Positions 13,673 through 25,205 of a stretch of 62,000 nucleotides of DNA are shown in pieces. Origin of the DNA: Wallemia ichthyophaga EXF-994 (taxonomy: Eukaryota > Fungi > Basidiomycota); contig NW_008806293.1 in assembly GCF_000400465.1 (NCBI RefSeq), positions 62,601 to 124,600 on the forward strand, written 5' to 3'. Each line of letters begins with the position of its first letter. Positions within the stretch are counted from its first letter, which is position 1. The notes beneath the pieces are model-generated. The model saw only the letters and a program-made list of their open reading frames with translations, ran no database searches and had not been told where the DNA came from. Position numbers and translations under genes: made by a program.

Positions 13673-13769
13673 ACGCGTAATTTATACATACTTTAATATA
13701 TTTTCTTATTTTACGCGTAAATTCTTTCCGTTAGTCCTATTTGTGTTGTTCGATTGAGCAAAGACGCGT
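13673..13769. promoter_or_regulatory. Three ACGCGT (MCB-like) boxes upstream of the MARVEL-like gene
   Basis: ACGCGT at 13673, 13713 and 13764, plus two more in the gene's last intron (13115, 13126). Confidence 0.4.
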
Positions 13770-14044
13770 AGCGCAAGCATAGCGCAGAGTAAGAAAATAT
13801 TCTAAAATGAGTCGATATACATATATGAAAATAATAATAAGCAACAGATTCATCATTCTTTGTCGTCTCTGACTTGTAATTCCACTTGCCACATCGGTAC
13901 ATAGTGAATTGAGTCGGAGCATGTGACAATGCATCTGTGATGAAATGTACTTACGACTGCCAGCTTTCCTCCAAGCTTCAACTAAATAATTCATATCCAA
14001 TAAAATCAAGGTTGTCAGCTGACTTCCACGATAAGAAATTTGAT

Positions 14045-14473
14045 ATGGTGAGCGAATAACGAATGATATATATCAGATATTCACAGTCACGTCAGCTGAT
14101 ATTCTCAGTATTTAAAACGCTCACAGAGCAGACGGTTACTGGTGAGTGTTGCGTGTTGATACCTAGCCAAATGGCTGAGATTATGAGTAAAGTTGAATTG
14201 AAGAATGATTTGTGTTTGATTGGCACTCTGAAATCTGTGGACCAGTTCCTAAATATCAAGCTAGACAACGTTAAAGTCCTCGATGAACAAAGATATCCTC
14301 ATATGGTGAGATTATTTAGATTTATACCAAGCATACACCTAATAGACTTTCAGATGGCTATAAAGAACACTTTCATTAGAGGCTCTGTAGTTAGATACGT
14401 CCAGCTACCTTCGGAATCAATCGACACTCAACTACTTCAAGATGCAACTCGCAGAGAATCTACACGCACATAA
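14045..14473 (+). CDS. LSM2: U6 snRNA-associated Sm-like protein Lsm2
   Basis: MLIFSVFKTLTEQTVTVELKNDLCLIGTLKSVDQFLNIKLDN..FIRGSVVRYVQLP. ATG-only exon 1, then introns 14142-14192 and 14306-14353. Confidence 0.93.
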
Positions 14474-14548
14474 TATCTAACCCAATAACTTCAAAAGATC
14501 TGTATTTATGCATATACTTTATTTTTTATATAAATAGTCTATTCACCT

Positions 14549-17500
14549 TCAAGAAAGCTCTATTGACATTCTAATACCCATACATGCAAGTTCCGACGCT
14601 AGATACCTCAACACGTATGGAACTGCTACTACGTCCATGTTACCACCTTTGCCAATGTTCAACTCCTTCGACAATGGCAGTATGATATCACTTTTTCTCT
14701 TCACTTGAGTTGCCTCGCCATCCATTTCTCCCTTGTCCTCCTCCTGTTGAGCTTGACGACATACGCGACAATACTCTCCAGTTGGTCCTTGAGGAAGTTG
14801 TGACGCTCTTGTGTCTCTCTCATCCGTGTATCCTAGTGAAATTAAACTACCGCAGTCTCTGCATACCCATGCTGTTGAGTAGTCGGAGCAATTCATCAAT
14901 CTGTCTTGCAGCAAGAAAGATGTACCATGAGCAATAAGCGCATCTCTCTCCATTTCTCCCAATCTAATACCACCGTGACGCTTACGTCCCTTTTGTACTT
15001 ATTAGCCAGGGTAATAATTTAAAATAAGCCCAACGCACCTTAATTGGCTGACGTGTGAGCTGATCAACCGGCCCGAGCGTTCTAACTTGATACTTGTCAT
15101 TAACCATGTGTCTCAATCTTTGGTAGTAAACACATCCAAGATATATATCAGCAGGGAATTCTTCACCAGTTACACCGGAATACATTGGTTCGTTTCCGTG
15201 ATAATTGTACCCAGCAGCCTTCAGCTGATCACCAAAGTACTCGACAGGCGTATCGCTTTCGTTGAAGTTAAATGGCGTACCATCCTGCGCCAAACCGTGC
15301 AATGCACCAGCCTTACCTGCGATGGACTCTACAAACATACCAATGGTCATTCTAGATGGGAAAGCGTGAGGATTAATGATAACGTCTGGCTGCAAACCTG
15401 ATTCTGAGAATGGCAGGTCAATCTTCTTCCATCTCTGTGACATAACACCCTTTTGTCCATGTCTAGAACTGAACTTATCACCAACAACAGGTGATCTAGG
15501 TATACGGATCTTAAAGTGAATCTTTTGCAACTCAGAGTCACCACCGTCTGAACCCAGCAAACGAATTTCGTCAATGTAGGCATCTTCATCTCCTTTATAT
15601 TTCTCAACCATTGTTCTCTGTGTGGTTTCATCTATGTACGCGCAAATTGGATCGCCGGAAGTTACTTTGACGCCGGATGGCACTATACCATCGTCGTCAA
15701 GCGTTTCTCTCCATTCCCTCTTTGCGTCAGCACCCAAACCAAAGTGCAGACTTGGTGTTGACTTTGATTTGTTTGCTCCTCTCATCTCACGGAGATCCAC
15801 AATTTGAGATTTGTACACTGTACCATAACCAAATCCTCTTTCATGTGCTGACTTATTGATTATCATAGCATCCTCCATATCGTAACCGGTATACGACAAT
15901 ACGGCAACAATTGCATTAGCACCTTGAGGGAAATTATCCATACCGTAATTGTTGTGCAGGTTTGGCCTAACGATTGGTGATTGACCGTTTTGAATTCTAT
16001 ATAACTTGTTATCCGTTCTTCTCATTATAGCTGTTGAAGGTGTACCCATTGTTTGCTTAGCCATCTGGCATTGGTACATGTTTCTTGGTGATTGATTGAA
16101 ATCGGAGAACGGTGTCATATTTGCGACAACCGATAAAACGTTCGTTGGTGTAAATTCAACATGTGTAGATATTCCCTTCTCAATCTCTTTTGGAACACAA
16201 GCGACGTCCATGTAAACCTGTTCGAATGAACCCAAGTGATCTAATTTACCGTTGGCAAGGTACTTAACCGGTCTCATCATTCTAGCTCTTGAGGTGAACA
16301 GGTAGAGACCTGGATATTGACCTCCTTTAGACGATGGTACTAAACCAATTTCCATATTCAACGGCACGTCATGTAATCCTTCAGTCTTCCAGATACGCAG
16401 GGCCTCTGCCATGTGCTTGACGTCTGAAGTGTTGGCCCATCCAATCACTCTACCGTCAAGATGTATAGCGACGTGTGTTCTTCTATCAACTGTGAATATA
16501 AATGGCTGAATCATACCCAAACCTGAGAGCAGTGCTGGGATTTTAGATGCACTTTCTTCCAGGTTTTCGGTTGTAACTTTACACGATCTGGAAAGATGGT
16601 TAAGAAGACCACATGGAGCACCATCTGGTGTGTGTACTGGACACAAGAATCCCCAAGCCTCAGGAAGGAGCTTTCTAACAGCTGTTGTCTTTAATTCAGC
16701 AAAGAAAGCACCTCTATGTATACATCTAAAGTGTGAGAGATATCTGTAGAAGTTGAGCTTTTCAGCCATGATTGTGAAACCAGTAGCTTGTTGTAAATCT
16801 AAACCAGATGGTGAAACAAGATTACCAGTAGCTAAAAAGTAATTAAGTTTTTGTCCAATATCAAAGTTCGTTCTCTGTATGACTTTGTTGACATACTTGT
16901 CGTCGCTTAAATTGGTCGAGCTAACTTGTCGTCTGAGGTCTTGTCTAATCTGAGCAGAGGCAGCTATTAAACACTCATCCAACTTCTCCTTTATTATTTG
17001 ACCATACAAAAAGCCAGGCATGAGTACTTCGTGTAGTTGAGGGGAATCTGGATTATCTGCGCAACTTTCACCACTGACTAGGGAGTAGAGCTTTTGTAGC
17101 ATGAAAAGCAACATTCTATACTTGTCTTCAGGTGTTTTAAGGTGGACGAGGATACATCTCTCAATGAGGTGTTGACCAACTTGAATATCGGACCAATCAT
17201 CTGGACAGCCCAATACGACTCTAAACTTAGATCCTAAGTAGAACAAGCATTGATCTTTGGTGTATAGTCTGAATGGCTTGAATCCTCTTAACAAAAGTTC
17301 AACACGATCAGTCAAGAAAGTGTTATCGTAGTCTTTTTGAATGATTCCTTCAAAAATATCCCTATCAGAAGCAGAGCTGAGTGCTTTCATGACCATGATA
17401 ACTGGAATCATGTATTCGTTCTTTCTCCATGCAAATCTGAGAGTAGCGCCACCATTACTGAGATAATGCATAGTATTTGTTGTTGAAGTTTGATCAGGTC

Positions 17501-18236
17501 TAACGCAACGAATCTGTACACCAAATTCGGTGTATGTTGGGCCTCTATTAGCGAAACTAGGTCTAATGATTGAAGTTACGTAATGTCTTCTCGGAACGAC
17601 GAGCAATCTCATTAACTTTTCATTACCGTTAATAATGAAATAACCGCCCATTTCATCTGATTCTTCGTGCTTTGCTACTAATTCTGCTGAGGACATTTTC
17701 TGCAAATTGCATCTTTCTGATCTAACCATGACAGGAACTGATCCGCACTCTCTAATGAACTCTGTCTTTACTTGACCATCAACCTTGAGTTGAATTTTAA
17801 CGCTCATACGTGATTTGTAGGTTGTGAGTCTCTCTCTTGCCTGTAGTGTAGGTAATAAGGTGAGTTTCGAAGATTTTGAAACGAATCAAGCTCACCTCGA
17901 ATGGGAAAACTCGTCTATCTAAAGAATTCTTATCTTTATCGAGTACCATAGGTTTGGCAATGTTTAATTGCTTATAAGTCACTTAAATGGATGAGCGAGA
18001 AGAACACGATAAAACGACGACTAACATTCAAGCCTGTGTTTATCATCGATGACAACTCTAGAAGGAATATCTCTAAGAGCTTTATCGAGCAGTCCTTCAT
18101 CGCCATTTGAATCCTTGAAGAGCATATTGAAGCTGTCTACGTGAGGCTTTACCAGCTCCTGCAGAATTGGATAATTATTCCCTTTCGCCGAGGGATTTGT
18201 GAATTTCTTTTCCCTCTCGAGCGTGTGAAACGACAT
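14549..18236 (-). CDS. RPA135: RNA polymerase I second-largest subunit
   Basis: MSFHTLERE N-terminus, GGYFIINGNEKL, GDKFSSRHGQKG, YYQRLRHMVNDK and GRKRHGGIRLGEMERD. Three introns. An upstream in-frame ATG lies at 18278. Confidence 0.96.
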
Positions 18237-18276
18237 GGTGGTTACAGCACAAGAAGATTCTTCATCTTGAACTTCC

Positions 18277-19799
18277 ATGAGGATAGCAATTTTACACCCA
18301 GATTTAGGAATTGGTTTGTATGGTTTTAGATTATACGCCCATCTCTCACTCTTCTTTCAGGCGGCGCAGAAAGACTGATCGTCGATGCAGCGCTCAGTTT
18401 GCAATCCAGGGGACACAGCGTTGATATATTCACAAGCTACCACGATCCCTGTCACGCATTCAACGAGACCAAAGATGGTACTCTTAATGTCCACGTTCTC
18501 GGCGATTGGTTTCCGCGCTCTTTTTGGGGTTATTTGCACATAGTATCCGCAATCGTACGACAGATACATCTAGCTATATTGCTTATGATCTCTATTACCC
18601 TCTCAATCATCATTTCTCCTAATATGTCCTTCTCCGTTTGGTATAAACCCACACAGCGATACGATGTTATCTTGGTCGATCAGCTCTCTGCAGCCATTCC
18701 CTTACTCAGACTTTGGCTAAAGACTCCAGTCGTATTTTACTGTCACTTCCCTGACAAATTACTCGCAAGTGGCTCTATAGCACCTGTTAGCGGCGATGGC
18801 AAGACCATTTACCCGGCTCAAATGTCCACGCTTAAGCAGCTATATAGAATACCCATGGATAGGTTTGAGGAGTTCTCTACCGCTGATGCTGATGCTTTAA
18901 TCGCCAATTCTCAATTTACAAGCAATGTTATCAAGAATACGTTTGTCGATATAACCCACTCACCTATCGTTATATACCCTTCAGTAGACACTACTGATCT
19001 TGTAGGAAGCGCAGGTGATTTGAATGGGTGCGTGACTATCTTACACGTTTTCAACTACTAAAATAGCTCAAGTGCGCGCATCTTCCTATCTATCAATAGG
19101 TTTGAACCAAAAAAGAATGTCAACTTGGCTATAGAAGCACACGCTAAGCTCATCGAGAATGTTGGAAAACAAGAAAGAAACTACTTGAGTCTTGCATTGG
19201 CTGGCGGATACGATGCTAGACTACCATCTAACGTAGACTGCGTACAAAACCTGGAGAAGTTGTGCAAGGTTCATTCACTTGTGTGTTCGTTTATTGACGA
19301 AGCAAATGCAATAAATCCCAACGACGGTATCGATGTTTATTTCATGTTGAATATCAGCACACAAACCAAGAAAACATTACTCAACTCATCCTCTACAATT
19401 GCACTTCTTTACACTCCCACCAATGAACATTTTGGCATTGTTCCTGTCGAGGCGATGGCATGTGGGAAGCCCGTTCTCGCTACAAATACAGGTGGTCCGG
19501 TTGAGAGTGTTAAAGATGGTGAAACGGGGTATTTGCTCCCTTCTGATCCACTACAATGGTCACATAGGATGAAAAATATGCTCTCATCATCTAATCAAGA
19601 GACGAGCATTAGTTGCTGCAAAGCCAGAGTTGAGGAGCTATTCACTCTCAAACGAGCAGGCGAAAAATTTGAACAGGTCTTAGTGGAAGCCGTTAGCCAC
19701 GGTCTCACTAATCAACGCGAAAGAGGAGCTCTACTGCAAGGAAGTGTTATGCTCTTTTTTGTGACTACATTCATTGTCTTATTGATGATGATCATCTAG
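18277..19799 (+). CDS. ALG2: Alpha-1,3/1,6-mannosyltransferase Alg2
   Basis: [13 protein letters not shown]|[11 protein letters not shown] (intron 18314-18360), [40 protein letters not shown] and a C-terminal TM helix. Confidence 0.95.
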
Positions 19800-19897
19800 A
19801 CAAGATTGTTCCACTGTATTCTTACTGTAAAAAGTGTATGTGTAGTAATACAAAATTCGTAATGAAGAGAAATATTAATAATACTATTGAGGGACTG

Positions 19898-20883
19898 TCA
19901 ATTCAAATTCAAGAGGAAGGTTATCGTCGCTGCCGCACCCAGGCTGACACCTAGAGCGCCACCTACAATCCCAGCAGTGAGATTTTGCTTGTATTCAGCT
20001 GGTGGTTTGTTGACCGTCTTGTCAGTGAAGTTTGAAGACTTTGATTTCTTGAGCTTGTTTGTCCTGATCCTGGCGAATCTGAACGCTTCCTTGCGTTTAG
20101 CGATTTGGAGTCTCTTGTTTATAATTTCGCTCTTTATGGATTCCAGTCTTATTTCTTTAAGGTCATATGCTAGTGAATCGAGGGTGCTAGACTGTGCTGT
20201 AAGCTGGTCTTCAAGGTGTGCAATTTGAGAACGAAGAAGTAAATCAGAGCCACATTTGAGGCTGTTGGGGTTAATAGTTGATGACTCAGAGGGAATTTCA
20301 TTGGTAACATCATTACCTGATCTGATTGTTTGGTTTGGCTCTGGATAGTAAACCTCATAATCATCGTCATGCTCTCCCTCATCATCATAATCATAGTATT
20401 TGCTCTCTTCATCGTCAAAGCTACCTCCAGTTGCGTTATTCACACTAGTTTCACGCTCATTATCAGCATGATCAAGATTTTCACTGATATCGCTCAAGTC
20501 CGCAGAGAATACGTTGGATGGCGAGTCAGCTTTGACAGTGACAGTGACAGGCTTAAAAATCTTATCGCGAATCTTGAGGCGCTTGCTTAATTGCAATTTG
20601 AAACCGCTTTCAATCTTGACCGGCTCAGGGGTAAGTTGAGTGACTTGCCCAGTGATACAATCGACGAGAAATGAACCATGCAAGCTTCCTGTATCTTTGT
20701 AAAAGATTGAATTCCCTTCAAGCTGCGATACAATAAGCTGATGTCATTCACACAGCAGTTACGATGACGCACCCAGAGTAGTCCATGGGCTTTTGATACT
20801 ATCTTGGACTTGAAGAGGTCTCTACCGATGACCTGCTTGTCGCTGACTGGAATAATTTTACCAGATTCAGTTATCAGCCTCAT
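19898..20883 (-). CDS. FHA-domain, coiled-coil, tail-anchored protein (Vps64/Far9/Far10/SLMAP-like architecture)
   Basis: FHA motifs VIGR, VSKAH and DTGSLHGS (intron 20723-20772); acidic linker; heptad region; terminal hydrophobic helix AGIVGGALGVSLGAAATITFLLNLN*. Confidence 0.65.
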
Positions 20884-20966
20884 TGTATACACTAAAGAGC
20901 AGGCTAAAACAGTAAAACGTATACAAGTGATGATATTAAATACAATAAACGCAATAATGCTACATT

Positions 20967-21980
20967 TCAATCAGCTAAACACTGCTGGTCACAGATTGTT
21001 GATTTCATTTTCTGACTTGAAAGTTCTATGTCGAACAATTTAACCTCATTTAAAGCGTGTAAGGCTGCAATTGCATTCAATCTACCAGTCTCCACTGCTT
21101 GCTTCCTTTCCAACCTCAACTTCTCTAGCTGATCATCCAACTCAACCGTTGCGCTACCTCTTATCTTTGGCTCGCGAGCTGGTTTTGGCGGGCTGTCTGG
21201 ATAAACTATCTCCTTTGTAATGCTGGTATTTGAAATGCGCGTTTTTGTGTGCAATCTCCCAGGCTTATCGTCGAAAGCTGTAACTTCAGGCGTGCGAGGG
21301 CTGCGTGAGGTAGTTGTAGGCGAGTAGCTAGAATGGCGTTGATGGTAATTTGAATTAATTGAAGGGATACGAGGCCTAGCTGGTGGAGGATGGATTATCT
21401 GCGGGGATGGTTCGATGACTGTCTCCTCTTTCAGCTCACCCTCTTCGCCATCATCGTGGTCTCTGGTAATCACTTCACGGGTGACGCTGCTAGGTGATGG
21501 GAGAGGAGAGTCATAAGATGTGTTTATAGGCGGTGGCCTGTGATTATGACTGTGGTTAAGGCTGTGTGCGCTTGGGTGACTGTATGAATGCGAGTGGTAG
21601 CTATCGTAGTCTCTTCCGCCGCCGCCACCTCTATAACCACCTCTACCACCACTATATGGCTTGCGTGAGGGAATGTATCGCGGCGGGCTTCTCGGTGGTC
21701 TGTTCCTACTCAAGTGGTCGTCTCTCCAGCCAGGACTTGGCCTATAGAAGCCTCTCCTAAACCCACCACCACGATATCCGCCTCTGTCATATCCACCTCT
21801 GTCGCTGTATCCACCTCTATCGCTGTGGTGCTTATCAGGATGAGTAACCCAATCGCCTCAGAATCAGACTAACCTGTAGCCACCTCCGTAACTTCGAGGC
21901 GCAGGCGGTGGTCTTCTATCAAATTCATAGCCCCTGTATGCTCTAGGCGGTGGTGATCTCGATGTATTTCTCCCGGACAT
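20967..21980 (-). CDS. Hypothetical RGG/Arg-Pro-Ser-rich protein with C-terminal helix
   Basis: MSGRNTSRSPPPR.., intron 21823-21873, then (S)DRGGY x3, RGGYRGGGGG and a C-terminal LDDQLEKLRLERKQ helix. Confidence 0.65.
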
Positions 21981-22308
21981 CTGATAGTTTGCAAATAAGA
22001 AGGAAGACAAGAAGCGTTATGGATTAAAATCTAATCACAAATCTACCAGAACTCTTGCTAGTATTTTTGAATGGTTCCTTCACTTGATTTATTCCAATTA
22101 TCCTAATTGTATTTCACATCGAGTACGTACTTCCTGCAATACACGAGGTCAATTCCCATATCCGTAAGGCAAATTGTTGAGGTCTGCGAACTGCTACTAA
22201 AATGTTCATATTTCGTCTATGTATGAATGCAGATGCACCCGCCTAGCACGCTTCTTCGCATTATTGTTCTGATCCGCTAACGATATGGGTCAAGAGAAAT
22301 ACTTTTAT

Positions 22309-22339
22309 TTCCCTGGTTATACTTCCCTGGTTATACTTC
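22309..22339. repeat. 14-bp tandem duplication TTCCCTGGTTATAC x2.2
   Basis: Direct reading in the divergent intergenic region. Confidence 0.85.
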
Positions 22340-22832
22340 ACAAGCCACACAATCCTAGAATAGTGACGTTTTTGCTTACCACGTTTAAGCGCACTGAGAC
22401 AAGTGAAAATATTCCCAGACTGATTTGGACTTTGAGCTATTCCTGATTACAGTAATACCTGAGGAAATCATAAGCGTCTGCTCCATAGCCACATTTTGCC
22501 GTCAAGGAACAAGAGCTGAGGGAGGAGAATTCACGGAATGAGACCAGCGCCGCCTCTGACAAGACAGTAGCATTAGCCATGTAACATCTATTGAACGGAC
22601 TATGTCTGCAGTTGTAGTACTGCGAACCAACCCAAACCTACGCGCTGGCCTACGATCAAACTCGATTCGCTGGTGGCGATGAGAGCGTTCACGACTGTCA
22701 CTGCAGGTGGGCAGCTGCATAGAATCAACCAACCTATCGCAGCTCATCGTTGCAAACTTACTGACGTCAGATGGAGTGACGTCGGTTATTTCCAAGGAAT
22801 TTCCAAAGAATTTCCAAGTCTTCTGTACAGTC

Positions 22833-23801
22833 ATGATGATTAATAGAATTGCAAAAGTAAACACGCGCAACATCGCCACGAGCGTGCGCACACTCGCCAA
22901 CAAGGCAGAAGATGTGGACTCACACGCCAATTCGCCATGGCAAGCGACGATAAAGGAGGGTGAGGAGAGTGGGGAGTATCCCGGGATGAAGCCCAACGAC
23001 CAAGAGACTAAGCAGTCAATAGGCTCAGCTTCTGCCGATCAAGTGGGCGGAAAGCGTGATGGACATGCTTACGCTGGTGAGAAGGTTGATGCACCAGAGC
23101 CAGGTTTAAAGGATAAATTCAAGAAGGCTCTTGGCTTAGCTTCGGATAATGAGAGTAAAAAGGGCAGAACATACACTACACTCGCACGCCAATTCTCTTC
23201 CACTGGCCACCTCAACAAGAAGGCAAACGAGCCCAAAGAGGAGACTAACAATGCGCAGTCTGGCCATATTCACCACAGCAATGCCACTGGTCAGCCTCTG
23301 CATGGCGCTGACAACGTCGACAAACCTGCTCGCTACAGTGACGCACTCGCGAAAGAAGAGGGTGTCCACAGTGGTGCCAGAGGTGGTTATGTACATGCTA
23401 TGCCTAGTGCTGAAGCTGAGAGCAGCGGCAAATCTTCAGCATACCCAACCAATGATGCTGTAGGTATGGAAAACTACCCAGCTGCCAACTTGGATGGCGT
23501 TAAACCTTCGGGGTCAGTGCCTGGCTCAAGCACCATTCCAGATCCACTACCAGAGAGCATCAGAGAGAGTGTGACGCGCACCACCGATCCAGATGCGTTA
23601 GGTTCTAGCAATAGGCTCAGACACGGCCAGTCACCTGGCAGAGACTTCAACGAAGAGGGTTCGAATATGAACGATTTGCCAAGAGACAGAGTCGACCCAA
23701 CTTCAGAGCTCGGTTCCAGAGGTGTGAACCTCCCACCACCACCACGCACACAGGCAGAGCTCGACCAGCTCCATCCTGGCCGAAAGAATCCATCAAAGTG
23801 A
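22833..23801 (+). CDS. Hypothetical hydrophilic protein with mitochondrial presequence-like N-terminus
   Basis: Intron-less ORF starting MMINRIAKVNTRNIATSVRTLA, then Gly/Ser/Pro/charged low-complexity sequence. Confidence 0.65.
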   Translation: MMINRIAKVNTRNIATSVRTLANKAEDVDSHANSPWQATIKEGEESGEYPGMKPNDQETKQSIGSASADQVGGKRDGHAYAGEKVDAPEPGLKDKFKKALGLASDNESKKGRTYTTLARQFSSTGHLNKKANEPKEETNNAQSGHIHHSNATGQPLHGADNVDKPARYSDALAKEEGVHSGARGGYVHAMPSAEAESSGKSSAYPTNDAVGMENYPAANLDGVKPSGSVPGSSTIPDPLPESIRESVTRTTDPDALGSSNRLRHGQSPGRDFNEEGSNMNDLPRDRVDPTSELGSRGVNLPPPPRTQAELDQLHPGRKNPSK

Positions 23802-23868
23802 GAGCAAGATGCGGAGAAACTCTATAAATTTGATAAATACACTTATTTTGCTGATTTCCTAATTTCCT

Positions 23869-25137
23869 CTATTGTTTTGGAATCTCAACCCTCTCCACTT
23901 GGTCGGCGACGCTATCGACAGACTGCTGCTGGAATGTAGCAGCCGAAGCCTTTGTCTTGTTCTTTTTTGCCTCATTTTTTGCCTTCTTTGCCTCTTTGGC
24001 GGCAGCGGCAGGATCTATTGGTGGTGGGTATGCTGCCTTCTCAACTGCCTTGAACTCTTCATCAGCCTCAAAGTCCTTTCTAATTGGATCGAGAAGGGTG
24101 TTAATGGCATCCTCAACCGCCTTCTTGAGATCACCGGGATGGAGAGCTTTGGTTGAAAAGTCATGCTCGATTTTATCGTAATCCTTGTAGTGCAACGAGC
24201 CACCAAATCTTTCTGGACGGGTGACCGAGAATAAAAAGTCATTGGCGGCATCTTGGGCAGCGAAAGGCGATGCACCCTTAATAAGCTGCTTATATGCAGC
24301 GATTGGGAGTACAACAGCTTTCAAGAAAGCCAACAAGCCATTTTCTTGGACATTACCTTCCTCACAGAAAGCCAACTTGATCTTCTTCTTGACATCTGCA
24401 GCAGAATCGAGGAAATCAATTTTAGAGTTAGGGTCTGAAGAAGACATTTTACCACCGGCCAAGCCAGGGACCATGGCATTCATCAAGTGAGCCCTCTTAG
24501 CGTAGCCGAGCTTTGGGAGAAGGGACTCAGCCATAACAAAGATCTTCCTCTGATCAACACCGCCAAATTGGAAATCACAGCCCAGATGCTCTTCGTCGAG
24601 AGCTTGGAGGCCAGGGTAGAGCATACCGGAGAGAAGAGGGGAGGAGACCTGCTTGACGACTTCAGCGCCAGCCTTTTTAGCGTCATGCTCAGTTGTCATG
24701 GCAGCGAGCCTGTAGCTGTCCATGGAGTATTGCGGGGTGAGTTGATAGGAAGAACCGACGACGAAGATGAGATTATCGACAGGAACGTCGAGGCTGATGA
24801 AGATGGATCGAAGGAGTTTAGTGTAGTACTTGACTCTATCCTGTACTAATTCAAATGGGGCTTTGAGATTATCCAAGAAAGCGTGTATATCAGCCATAAG
24901 CACTTTGACTTCAACGCCTGCTCTGAGGAAATCTGCAATTTTAACGAGAGGAACAAAGTAGCCAACGTGTGGTCTACCCGTGGGCGCTGTTCCCCAATAA
25001 CATTTCAATTGCTCGCCTGTACTGATCTTCTGCTTGACGATATCTGCACCGAGAACTTCGTGCAACGAACGAGTAATCAGATTGAAGCGTTGATTTTGTT
25101 CGTTATTGAGATGTACTTGCTTCGAATTATCTGCCAT
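23869..25137 (-). CDS. TYS1: Cytoplasmic tyrosyl-tRNA synthetase
   Basis: YWGTAPTGRPHVGY (HIGH-like), QFGGVDQRKIF and KMSSS. ATG at 25137; no introns. Confidence 0.96.
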   Translation of the reverse strand: MADNSKQVHLNNEQNQRFNLITRSLHEVLGADIVKQKISTGEQLKCYWGTAPTGRPHVGYFVPLVKIADFLRAGVEVKVLMADIHAFLDNLKAPFELVQDRVKYYTKLLRSIFISLDVPVDNLIFVVGSSYQLTPQYSMDSYRLAAMTTEHDAKKAGAEVVKQVSSPLLSGMLYPGLQALDEEHLGCDFQFGGVDQRKIFVMAESLLPKLGYAKRAHLMNAMVPGLAGGKMSSSDPNSKIDFLDSAADVKKKIKLAFCEEGNVQENGLLAFLKAVVLPIAAYKQLIKGASPFAAQDAANDFLFSVTRPERFGGSLHYKDYDKIEHDFSTKALHPGDLKKAVEDAINTLLDPIRKDFEADEEFKAVEKAAYPPPIDPAAAAKEAKKAKNEAKKNKTKASAATFQQQSVDSVADQVERVEIPKQ

Positions 25138-25205
25138 TTTGAATTTTAAAAGATGGACGTGAGTTATAAAGAGCGTCGTCATACATCTCTTCAACACAAA
25201 CATCG

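Noticed and set aside
13737-14009. AWRKAG peptide resembling the N-terminus of ATP synthase epsilon (Atp15)
   Set aside because: No splice combination I tried gave the rest of the Atp15 sequence; a 6-aa match is not enough.
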